DNA from: Fidelibacterota bacterium
GTDB taxonomy: Bacteria > Fidelibacterota > Marinisomatia > Marinisomatales > UBA2128
NCBI GenBank assembly: GCA_046861645.1
Contig: JBHHUM010000070.1
Span: forward strand, 1 to 10,953
Reading direction: 5' to 3'
Length of the DNA: 10,953 bases
Under the pieces are notes generated by a model. The model did not search any database, was not told the origin of the DNA, and saw only the letters and a program-made list of their open reading frames with translations. Shown here in pieces: positions 1 to 7,955 of the stretch (positions are counted from its first letter, which is position 1; every line of letters starts with the position of its first letter). The translations under genes were made by a program, and so were the position numbers.

Positions 1-1941
1 AAGAAGATGCTAATGCTCATCCGGCAGGGAAAAGGGTTTTTCCACATTGGAGGTTCCGGTCACGAAGCGGCGCAGCTTGCAGCAGCCCAATGCTTTCGGC
101 CTGGTGAAGATTGGTCTTTTCCTTATTACCGGGATTCGGCATTTACCCTTGGTATGGGTATGACTGCCCGGGAGCAGTTGCTTTGCTTTTTATCGCGAGC
201 GGATGATCCCAGTTCTGGTGGCCGCCAGATGTCCCAGCATTATGGACATCATGAATTGCGGATAGTGACCCAATCAAGTCCAACTGGAACTCAATTTCTT
301 CAGGCGGTAGGGTGTGCGATGGCTGCCAGGAGGAGTGGCGGGAAAGAAGTGGCTTATGTCTCCGCAGGTGAAGGTACTACCAGCCAGGGGGATTTCCACG
401 AAGCGCTCAATTGGGCCAGCCGGGATAAACTTCCGGTTATCTTCCATATTGAGGATAATCGATTTGCTATTTCTGTACCTATTGAAGATCAGACTGCCGG
501 GGCTTCTGTTTATGAAATTGTCGCTGGATATAAGAATCTGGCCCGTTATCATGTGGATGGTACCGATTTCTTTGAGTCACATCTTGCCTTTCGCAAAGCG
601 GTTGAACGAGCCCGAAAAGGGAAAGGCCCCGGTGTGATTGTTTCTGACGTGGTGCGACTTTTACCTCATTCATCGTCTGATGATCAGCGTAAGTATCGTA
701 GTAAAGAGGAACTGGAAGCCGATCGGGAGCGGGACCCTATCCTCCGTTTCGAGGCCATGTGTGTGGAAGGTGGGGTTGCTGACTCGAAAGACTTTGCCAA
801 AATCAGAAAAGAGGTTGAAGCTCAGGTTAGTGATGATGTTGTTTGGGGTGAAGCCCAACCTCTTCCGGAACCTGAAACAGCAATACTTCACGTGTACAGT
901 GAGAGTAAGACAGGTATTGGTGGCAGTGAGACTAATGTAAATAGTATCTCTGATAAAATAGTGATGGTAGATGCCATTAACCATGCCCTCAAGGAGGAAA
1001 TGGAGCGTAATGAGATGATGATCATTTATGGTCAGGATGTTGCCGGCCAGAAAGGTGGTGTTTTTACCGCTACCAAGGGACTTACAGCAGCATTCGGGAA
1101 AGATCGTGTTTATAATGCCCCTCTGGCAGAATCCTCTATCGTGGGAACGGCTATCGGGATGGCTTGTGCGGGATGGAAACCGGTAGTGGAGATACAGTTT
1201 GGTGACTATATCTGGACGGCTATGATGCAAATCAGAAATGAATTAGCCACTTTTCGCTATCGATCCAATAATACCTGGAGTTGTCCCGCAGTGATCCGGG
1301 TTCCTGTAGGAGGATATATTCATGGGGGCTTATATCATAGTCAATCTATCGATGGTTATTTCATCCATCTACCCGGTATTCGCATCGCCTACCCATCGAC
1401 AGCTGCCGACGCCAAGGGTCTTCTTAAGATGGCGTGCCGGATGGAGGACCCGGTGCTCTTCATGGAACATAAGGGACTTTACCGCCATCCCCAAGCCGTT
1501 ACTCCTGAACCTGATGAGAATTATCTGTTACCCTTTGGACTGGCCAGGATTGTACAGGAAGGAGCTGATCTAACCATTATTACCTGGGGTATGATGGTGC
1601 ATAAATCTGTTGATGCTGCTAAGAAGATTCAGGACGAAACAGAAGCTTCCATCGAGATTATTGATTTAAGAACTTTGAATCCCCTTGACCTTGATTCCAT
1701 TGAAAAATCCCTGCGTAAGACGAACAAGGTGCTGGTCGTGTATGAAGATAACCTTACGAACGGTCCGGGAGCGGAAATATCGGCTCTCATTGCGGAGAGA
1801 TTCTTTGAACTTCTGGATGGTCCTGTCAGACGGGTGGCGGCTGAAGATTGTCCTATTCCTTTCAACACTATTCTTGAAGATCAGGTTTTACCTCAAACTC
1901 ACAATATAGTTGCAGTGGCAACAGAACTTTTGGAGTACTGA
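1..1941 (+). CDS. 2-oxoacid dehydrogenase E1, fused alpha+beta subunits (probably branched-chain/2-oxoisovalerate type); 5'-truncated by the window edge
   Basis: The frame is open from base 1 (aag aag atg). The alpha part has the ThDP-binding motif GEG-X26-DN, plus YYRD and the HSSSDD loop. The beta part has GQDV...GGVF, PLAESSIVG, VEIQFGDYI, HSQS and IDLRTL. It is followed by E2. Confidence 0.95.
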   Translation, partial: KKMLMLIRQGKGFFHIGGSGHEAAQLAAAQCFRPGEDWSFPYYRDSAFTLGMGMTAREQLLCFLSRADDPSSGGRQMSQHYGHHELRIVTQSSPTGTQFLQAVGCAMAARRSGGKEVAYVSAGEGTTSQGDFHEALNWASRDKLPVIFHIEDNRFAISVPIEDQTAGASVYEIVAGYKNLARYHVDGTDFFESHLAFRKAVERARKGKGPGVIVSDVVRLLPHSSSDDQRKYRSKEELEADRERDPILRFEAMCVEGGVADSKDFAKIRKEVEAQVSDDVVWGEAQPLPEPETAILHVYSESKTGIGGSETNVNSISDKIVMVDAINHALKEEMERNEMMIIYGQDVAGQKGGVFTATKGLTAAFGKDRVYNAPLAESSIVGTAIGMACAGWKPVVEIQFGDYIWTAMMQIRNELATFRYRSNNTWSCPAVIRVPVGGYIHGGLYHSQSIDGYFIHLPGIRIAYPSTAADAKGLLKMACRMEDPVLFMEHKGLYRHPQAVTPEPDENYLLPFGLARIVQEGADLTIITWGMMVHKSVDAAKKIQDETEASIEIIDLRTLNPLDLDSIEKSLRKTNKVLVVYEDNLTNGPGAEISALIAERFFELLDGPVRRVAAEDCPIPFNTILEDQVLPQTHNIVAVATELLEY

Positions 1942-3206
1942 TGATCGTAGATGTTATCATGCCGAAATTAGGTGAATCTATCACGGAAGGGACCATTATT
2001 GAGTGGCGGAAGAAGGTCGGTGATACTATCGCTGAAGATGAAATTCTACTGGAAATCGGGACGGATAAAGTGGATTCGGAAATTCCCTCTCCGGCCGGGG
2101 GAGTCGTTGTGGAGCTGTTAGCACAAACCAACGATGTGGTCCCCGTGGAAACCGTGATCGCCCGGATTGATACTGGTACTGAGGTAGAATCTGTCAAAGA
2201 TTCTGATGAAGTGGAAAATACTGAGTCCGAGGTTCCTGAAAAGAAGGAAAAAATAGAACTTGCTAAGAAACCTAAAGCGAAAATCAAAACTGAATTTGAA
2301 GTTGGGGAGAAAGCAAGGACAAAGATATTTTTTACACCTCTGGTAAAGTCTATAGCCAGGCAGGAGGGGTTAACTGAGACAGAGCTGGCAGCTATCCCAG
2401 GTACTGGTCGAGGTGGACGGGTAACCAAAAAGGACATTTTGGCTTACCTGGAGGCAGGTCGAAGAGCAATAACTGCACCTGATGCTTCCGGGATCACCCT
2501 GTCAGATGAAGTAGTTGAGATGGGGCGGATGAGACAAATCATCGCCGCACATATGCGCAGCAGTCTGGATACCATCGCTCATGTCCATGTGGTTTCCGAA
2601 GTGGATGTGACCAATATGGTAGAGTATGTTCAACATCAGCGCGGGGTATTCCAACAACAGGAAGGTTATAAACTGACTTACACCCCATTTTTTATTATGG
2701 CAACGGTAAAAGCAATTAAGGATCATCCCATGATGAATGCTTCCCTTGAGGAAACAAAGATTCATCACCATAGAAATGTTAACATTGGTTTAGCAGTAGC
2801 CGTAGACAAAGGATTGTTGGTACCTGTTATCCCGAAATGTGAAGAACTGAATTTTCTCGGACTTTGCCGCCGAGTAAATGATATCTCTCGACGGGCTCGT
2901 CTCGGAGAAATATCTCCCGATGAATTACAAGGTTCAACCTTTTCCATTACTAATTATGGTGTCTTTGGTAATCTTTATGGTACACCTATTATCAATCAAC
3001 CTAACTCAGCTATTCTGGGTATCGGAGCAGTTAAAAAGCGACCTGTCGTTCATGAGACATCTCAGGGTGATGCCATTGTCATCCGCTCCATGATGTACCT
3101 CACTCTTGGTTTCGATCACAGGTTAATTGACGGGGCTGGTGCAGGGAAATTCCTAAAACGGGTTGTGTACTATCTGGAACATATGGATACTACTGGATTA
3201 ATGTAG
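1941..3206 (+). CDS. Dihydrolipoamide acyltransferase, E2 component of the 2-oxoacid dehydrogenase complex
   Basis: Single lipoyl domain (MPKLGESITEG...TDKVDSEIPSP), peripheral subunit-binding domain (GTGRGGRVTKKD) and catalytic DHRLIDG. The start overlaps the E1 stop (TGATG). Confidence 0.96.
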   Translation: MIVDVIMPKLGESITEGTIIEWRKKVGDTIAEDEILLEIGTDKVDSEIPSPAGGVVVELLAQTNDVVPVETVIARIDTGTEVESVKDSDEVENTESEVPEKKEKIELAKKPKAKIKTEFEVGEKARTKIFFTPLVKSIARQEGLTETELAAIPGTGRGGRVTKKDILAYLEAGRRAITAPDASGITLSDEVVEMGRMRQIIAAHMRSSLDTIAHVHVVSEVDVTNMVEYVQHQRGVFQQQEGYKLTYTPFFIMATVKAIKDHPMMNASLEETKIHHHRNVNIGLAVAVDKGLLVPVIPKCEELNFLGLCRRVNDISRRARLGEISPDELQGSTFSITNYGVFGNLYGTPIINQPNSAILGIGAVKKRPVVHETSQGDAIVIRSMMYLTLGFDHRLIDGAGAGKFLKRVVYYLEHMDTTGLM

Positions 3207-3208
3207 AT

Positions 3209-4081
3209 ATGCGGGTTATTCCTCAGAATTTCATTCGTAAACCTGATTGGCTAAAAATCCTCCTGCGGACGGGCCACAATTATACTGACCTGAAGAATAT
3301 TGTCCAGAATAGTAAACTCCATACGGTTTGCCAGGAAGCACTCTGTCCAAACATCTATGAGTGCTGGGAAAGTCGGGCGGCGACATTGATGATCCTGGGT
3401 GATGTCTGCACCCGATCCTGTGGTTTCTGCAATGTAAAAACCGGTCGGCCTACCTGGCAAGACATAGACGAACCCCGGCGGATAGCAGAGGCGGTCAGAC
3501 AGATGGGGTTGCGACATTGCGTTATTACTTCCGTGAATCGCGATGAATTACCTGATGGAGGAGCTGCCATCTGGGCAGATACGATTCAGGCTGTTCACGA
3601 ACTGAATACTGAATGTACTGTGGAGGTGTTGATCCCTGACTTTAAGGGTGACCCTGCTAATCTAATGACGGTTTTTGCAGCCCATCCGGAAATCTTGGGA
3701 CATAATGTTGAGACGATAGCTCGACTCTATCCAGCGGTTCGCCCCCAAGCTAACTTTCAGCAATCCCTGGAAGTACTCAGGCAGTCGAAGAAGTTTGGAC
3801 TACGGACTAAAACAGCCGTGATGGTAGGTTTGGGTGAGACAAAGGCTGAAGTAGTGGAGACTATACACAAGATTGCTGAGACCGGTTGTGACATCTTGGC
3901 TTTAGGGCAGTATCTACAACCTACACCGAGACATCATCCTGTAGATCGTTATGTTCATCCCCAGGAATTTGATCTCTACCGTGAAATCGGTCTGCAATAT
4001 GGGTTACAGTGGGTAGAATCAGGTCCTCTGGTGAGAAGTTCTTATCATGCTGATGTACAGGCAAAAGCACAAATGGAGTAG
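3209..4081 (+). CDS. lipA: Lipoyl synthase (radical SAM)
   Basis: CX4CX5C (CQEALCPNIYEC), CX3CX2C (CTRSCGFC), GQYLQP and C-terminal RSSY; adjacent to the lipoylated E2. Confidence 0.98.
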   Translation: MRVIPQNFIRKPDWLKILLRTGHNYTDLKNIVQNSKLHTVCQEALCPNIYECWESRAATLMILGDVCTRSCGFCNVKTGRPTWQDIDEPRRIAEAVRQMGLRHCVITSVNRDELPDGGAAIWADTIQAVHELNTECTVEVLIPDFKGDPANLMTVFAAHPEILGHNVETIARLYPAVRPQANFQQSLEVLRQSKKFGLRTKTAVMVGLGETKAEVVETIHKIAETGCDILALGQYLQPTPRHHPVDRYVHPQEFDLYREIGLQYGLQWVESGPLVRSSYHADVQAKAQME

Positions 4082-4083
4082 AT

Positions 4084-4707
4084 ATGCAAAATCAGAAAAA
4101 TCTAATTTATGGAGTGATCGTTCTGGCTGGATTGGCTCTGGCTTGGTGGATCAACGGGAATAAAGGTTCTCCTGTGCCACAACAGAAAGAAGACTCTTTT
4201 ACTGCCCAAAGGACAGAGACCCGTATGCCATCCCAACGTACGGCAAATCCCGTTCAACCCCGCTCCGGTGAAGTAATCATTGGACAATTGGGTGCGACTG
4301 TACCCGAAGATTGGCAGGAAGAGCCACCGGCAAGTTCTATGAGGATAGCCCAATACAGGCTTTTTGCGGCTAATGGGACTGATGCAGTACTGGCGATTAC
4401 TTCAGGTATCGGAGGATCAGTTCAAGCTAATATTAACCGTTGGTACGGTCAGTTTGAGGATCCCTTCGGAAAGGATACTACGTTTAATAACAATGACTTG
4501 TCAATTACTTTTGTAGATATTAGAGGAAGATTTTTAGGAATGCAGGCGGAGCGGGGTCAGGACAATTATCAGATGTTAGCGGCTATTGTAGAGGCGCCTG
4601 ATGGGGCCTATTTTTTTAAATTAACAGGACCACAGGAAACTGTTTCCTCCTTGAGCAATTCTTTTGCAAGTTTTGTAAGAACTATTCGATATGTTGGACA
4701 TCAATAA
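4084..4707 (+). CDS. Uncharacterised protein with an N-terminal membrane anchor and an extracytoplasmic domain
   Basis: 207-aa ORF starting 2 nt after the lipA stop. It has a hydrophobic segment (LIYGVIVLAGLALAWWI), a P/Q/T-rich linker, then a domain with PEDW...SSMRIAQY, GGSVQANINRWYGQF and YFFKLTGP motifs. Confidence 0.85.
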   Translation: MQNQKNLIYGVIVLAGLALAWWINGNKGSPVPQQKEDSFTAQRTETRMPSQRTANPVQPRSGEVIIGQLGATVPEDWQEEPPASSMRIAQYRLFAANGTDAVLAITSGIGGSVQANINRWYGQFEDPFGKDTTFNNNDLSITFVDIRGRFLGMQAERGQDNYQMLAAIVEAPDGAYFFKLTGPQETVSSLSNSFASFVRTIRYVGHQ

Positions 4708-4719
4708 ATCAACATTTTA
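4707..4719 (+). promoter_or_regulatory. Putative IHF binding site
   Basis: AATCAA-CATT-TTA matches WATCAANNNNTTR exactly and ends about 25 bp upstream of the sigma-54 -24 box. Confidence 0.5.
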
Positions 4720-4721
4720 TG

Positions 4722-4745
4722 ACATATCAGCAGAGTTTGATATGT
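4722..4745. promoter_or_regulatory. Perfect 8-bp inverted repeat (operator or hairpin) abutting the lon promoter
   Basis: ACATATCA-N8-TGATATGT; its last base is the T of TGGCAC. Confidence 0.5.
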
Positions 4746-4760
4746 GGCACGCTTGTTGCT
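4745..4760 (+). promoter_or_regulatory. Sigma-54 (RpoN) -24/-12 promoter upstream of lon
   Basis: TGGCACG-CTTG-TTGCT matches TGGCACG-N4-TTGCW exactly, is intergenic, is correctly oriented and ends 31 nt before the lon ATG. Confidence 0.8.
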
Positions 4761-4791
4761 GAGTGTTGAGCATGCCAAAAAGGAGAATTTA

Positions 4792-7203
4792 ATGACCGAC
4801 GAAATCAAAGAACCAGAGATTATTGAGGAAAAATCTGTTACCGAAGACTCATCTGAAGTAGTGGAATCTTTTCCTGTTATGCCCCTGCGGAACACAGTTC
4901 TTTTTCCTCAACAGGTAATCCCTACATACATTGGGAGAGAGAGATCTCTTAAGCTGATTGAGGACTTACCTCAAGGAAAGAAGTTCCTGGTTGTTGTCGC
5001 CCAGGAAGATGGATCGATGGAGAATCCCGGACCAGATGATCTCTATTCCTGGGGAACCTTAGCAGTTGTTCTTAAGGTTTTCGACATGCCGGACAATAGT
5101 AAATCCGCTATTATCCAGGGGTTAGAACGAGTCAAGTTGCTGTCTTTCACTCAAGAGGAACCTTACTTTAAGGCTGTTGTAGAGAGGGTGGAGGATCAGG
5201 AAGAGGAGGGTCTGGAAGTCGAGGCATTAGCATCCAATGTAAGAAATTCATTTCAGGAACTCATTAAGATTGCCCCCTATTTGACCGAGGAACATTCAGG
5301 CATTCTTACAAACATTACCAAGCTCGGGCGGTTGGCTGACCGCGTGATTTCTCTGGTAACCATTCCCACCAAAGAAAAACAAGAAATTCTGGAAGAGTTG
5401 AATGTAAAAGAAAGAATGGACAAAACCACGGTTCTGCTTAACCGGGAGATTCAGAGAATTGAGTTGGGTGAAAAAATTCAATCTGATGTCCAGGAAGAGA
5501 TTTCCAAGACGCAACGGGAATACTTTCTCCGAGAGCAGATGAAAGCTATCAGGAAAGAACTTGGGGAAGATGATGGTAGTACAGAACTGAATGAATTGGA
5601 GGAAAAAATTAAGAGCGCCCATATGTCCGAAGAGGCTGAAACTGTAGCCATGAAAGAGTTGGACCGCTTGACTCGTATTCCTCCCCAGTCACCAGAGTAT
5701 TCCGTTTCAAGAACCTATCTTGATTGGCTTATTGATTTACCTTGGAGCAAATCCACTGAGGATCGGGTGGACACAGTAAAAGCCAAGAAGATTATGGATG
5801 AAGATCATTACGGTCTGGATGATGTGAAAGAACGAATCATCGAGTATCTGGCCGTGCGTAAGCTGAAAGGAGAGTTTGTTGAAGATGGAAAGGTGAAGGG
5901 CCCCATTCTCTGTTTTGCCGGTCCTCCTGGTGTAGGTAAGACTTCACTGGGTAGGTCTATCGCCCGTGCAATGGGTCGGGAATTTGTCAGGATTTCACTG
6001 GGTGGTGTCCGGGACGAGGCTGAGATTCGAGGTCACCGCCGAACGTACATCGGTGCTCTTCCCGGTCGGATCATCCAGAGTCTAAAAAAAGCTGGCTCCA
6101 ATAACCCCGTCTTCATGTTGGATGAGGTCGATAAGGTGGGAGCTGATTTTCGGGGTGATCCTTCATCCGCTCTGTTAGAAGTTCTCGATCCTGAGCAGAA
6201 TTTCAGTTTTAGTGATCACTACCTTGAAGTTCCCTTTGATCTCAGCAATGTCATGTTTATTGCCACAGCAAATCTGAAGGATCCTATCATTCCTGCTTTA
6301 CGGGATAGGATGGAAATCCTCGATTTTACCGGTTATGTTGAAGAAGAGAAAATCCAGATTGCCAAGCAGTTTCTCATCCCCAAGCAGATGGAGGAAAATG
6401 GTTTAAGTGAAGGTGATCTGAAATTCACCCGTAGCGGGATTAAGGAATTAATCGAATCGTACACTCGTGAGGCTGGAGTTCGGAACCTTGATCGGGAAAT
6501 TGGGAATATATGCCGTAAGGTAGCTCGTCAGAAAGTTGAAAAGAAGATTGATGAAGTGAAAGTGACAAAAAGTGTGGTTCAGAAATATCTCGGAGCGCAG
6601 CGATTCTACTCAGAAACTGCAGAGAGACTAAGCCGGCCTGGGGTTGTTGTCGGTTTAGCCTGGACTTCCGCTGGTGGTGATATTTTATTCATTGAAGCAA
6701 ACAAAATGCCTGGAAAAGGAAACCTCACGCTCACCGGCCACCTGGGAGATGTCATGAAAGAGTCGGCTCAGGCAGCCCTATCTTATGTCCGGGCCCATGC
6801 CGATATTCTTGGGGTCGATCCTGATTTTGCCGGAAAAACCGATATTCATATCCATGTACCCGCTGGAGCAATTCCGAAAGATGGACCTTCTGCAGGTATT
6901 ACCATTTTCACGGCTATCTATTCTCTATTGACGGATAAGGCTGTGAAAGATACCGTAGCCATGACGGGGGAAATTACTCTGCGTGGAGCGGTACTGCCTA
7001 TTGGCGGTGTGAGGGAGAAGGTCACGGCGGCTCATCGAGCTGGATTACGGGAAATTATTTTGCCCAACATGAATAAGAAGAATCTTGAAAAAATTCCAAA
7101 GAAGATTCTTAAGGATATGAAGTTCCACTTTGTGAAAGAAATCTCAGAAGTGGTAGATTACGCTTTTCCTAAAGACTCAAACACTGATGGGATGAAAAAA
7201 TAG
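4792..7203 (+). CDS. lon: ATP-dependent Lon protease (LonA, endopeptidase La)
   Basis: LON N-domain (PVMPLRNTVLFP), Walker A GPPGVGKT, Walker B FMLDEVDK, RGHRRTYIGALPG, catalytic Ser in PKDGPSAG and Lys in GGVREK. The start is moved from GTG 4744 to ATG 4792 because AGGAG lies at 4781-4785 and the GTG falls inside the promoter. Confidence 0.98.
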   Translation: MTDEIKEPEIIEEKSVTEDSSEVVESFPVMPLRNTVLFPQQVIPTYIGRERSLKLIEDLPQGKKFLVVVAQEDGSMENPGPDDLYSWGTLAVVLKVFDMPDNSKSAIIQGLERVKLLSFTQEEPYFKAVVERVEDQEEEGLEVEALASNVRNSFQELIKIAPYLTEEHSGILTNITKLGRLADRVISLVTIPTKEKQEILEELNVKERMDKTTVLLNREIQRIELGEKIQSDVQEEISKTQREYFLREQMKAIRKELGEDDGSTELNELEEKIKSAHMSEEAETVAMKELDRLTRIPPQSPEYSVSRTYLDWLIDLPWSKSTEDRVDTVKAKKIMDEDHYGLDDVKERIIEYLAVRKLKGEFVEDGKVKGPILCFAGPPGVGKTSLGRSIARAMGREFVRISLGGVRDEAEIRGHRRTYIGALPGRIIQSLKKAGSNNPVFMLDEVDKVGADFRGDPSSALLEVLDPEQNFSFSDHYLEVPFDLSNVMFIATANLKDPIIPALRDRMEILDFTGYVEEEKIQIAKQFLIPKQMEENGLSEGDLKFTRSGIKELIESYTREAGVRNLDREIGNICRKVARQKVEKKIDEVKVTKSVVQKYLGAQRFYSETAERLSRPGVVVGLAWTSAGGDILFIEANKMPGKGNLTLTGHLGDVMKESAQAALSYVRAHADILGVDPDFAGKTDIHIHVPAGAIPKDGPSAGITIFTAIYSLLTDKAVKDTVAMTGEITLRGAVLPIGGVREKVTAAHRAGLREIILPNMNKKNLEKIPKKILKDMKFHFVKEISEVVDYAFPKDSNTDGMKK

Positions 7204-7292
7204 TCGGGATATTTTACTTTATTGGTGTTATACTTCTCGGTACAATATTTAGGACAAATAGATATTCAATCCTTATCAAACATAGATAATTC

Positions 7293-7426
7293 GCCACCAA
7301 GGCACCGAGTCACTATGAGGAGATGATAATATTGAACTTACTATATCATCAGAGGGGGAGGATCTTGAGTAAGAATCCACTTGTCTTTTTCTCCATTTAA
7401 TACTTTATCAATAAAGACTTTGTGGC
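7293..7426. repeat. Degenerate octamer-repeat / inverted-repeat element
   Basis: Three imperfect 8-nt units (GCCACCAA GGCACCGA GTCACTAT, 7293-7316) and an inverted copy CTTTGTGGC (7418-7426, 8/9 match to GCCACCAAG) enclose smaller hairpins. Confidence 0.35.
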
Positions 7427-7483
7427 TGGTGAATAGATCAAGGTAACTAATAAAAGTGGGCAATTGTTTGAACTGAGGAAGAA

Positions 7484-7576
7484 ATGAAAGCAAAACTGTT
7501 GAAGTTGTTCTTTGTCTGTCTGATTTGCATTGGAGTTGTGGTTGGATTAGTTTTGATAGTGCAAAAATTTCAGTAA
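7484..7576 (+). CDS. Putative 30-aa single-pass membrane peptide (MKAKLLKLFFVCLICIGVVVGLVLIVQKFQ)
   Basis: GAGG at 7475-7478, ATG 7484, TAA 7574-7576 followed by a second TAA. Basic N-terminus and 19 uncharged, mostly hydrophobic residues. Below the ORF-track size cutoff. Confidence 0.55.
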   Translation: MKAKLLKLFFVCLICIGVVVGLVLIVQKFQ

Positions 7577-7608
7577 TAACATCAATCTTAATTAACTAAG
7601 GAATAGAC

Positions 7609-7821
7609 ATGAAAAAGAATATGGGAAACATTGACCGAATAGTACGAATAACTCTCGCTGTAGTAATAGGTGTCTTGTATTTCACCAACCAGATTAGCGG
7701 TTTGGCAGCAATCATACTGGGTATCTTTGCGGTGATTTTCTTAGTGACCAGTGCTTGTGGATTTTGTCCGCTCTACTGGCCGTTTAAATTGAGTACAGTG
7801 AAAGAAGAGGAAGTAGATTAA
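7609..7821 (+). CDS. DUF2892 / YgaP-like small membrane protein
   Basis: MKKNMGxxDRxxR start, two hydrophobic helices and FCPLY motif; TAAGGA ribosome binding site upstream. Confidence 0.9.
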   Translation: MKKNMGNIDRIVRITLAVVIGVLYFTNQISGLAAIILGIFAVIFLVTSACGFCPLYWPFKLSTVKEEEVD

Positions 7822-7860
7822 TACTACCTTGATAAGAAGCCAATTGCAGTGAATTAATAT

Positions 7861-7926
7861 GGGCGCTTAGCTTCCCGACCTTAATACTTCGTATCTTCGG
7901 TACGGGACAGGCAACTTCGCTAAGCG
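7861..7926 (+). repeat. Duplicated tRNA-Val 5' end interrupted by a hairpin+CAGGCA element
   Basis: GGGCGCTTAGCT (7861-7872) is identical to tRNA 7956-7967. It is followed by hairpin TCCCG...CGGGA (7873-7907), CAGGCA (7908-7913) and GCTAAGCG (7919-7926), which is complementary to 7864-7871. Confidence 0.75.
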
Positions 7927-7955
7927 AGAAAAAATTTGTAAATTAAACGATTACC

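Noticed and set aside
4744..4791. 16-codon N-terminal extension of Lon from GTG 4744
   Set aside because: It overlaps the sigma-54 promoter and has no RBS, whereas ATG 4792 has AGGAG at a good spacing.
274..5622. Short alternative-frame and antisense ORFs inside E1, E2, lipA, the hypothetical gene and lon (for example 670-1230 minus, 1868-2437 minus, 5296-5622 minus)
   Set aside because: They overlap well-supported genes and show no recognisable motifs; these are shadow ORFs.
7192..7290. Hydrophobic -1 frame after the lon A6 run (KIVGIFYFIGVILLGTIF...), suggesting a frameshifted membrane tail or gene remnant
   Set aside because: There is no start codon in that frame and no canonical slippery heptamer, and T-rich DNA yields hydrophobic translations by chance.
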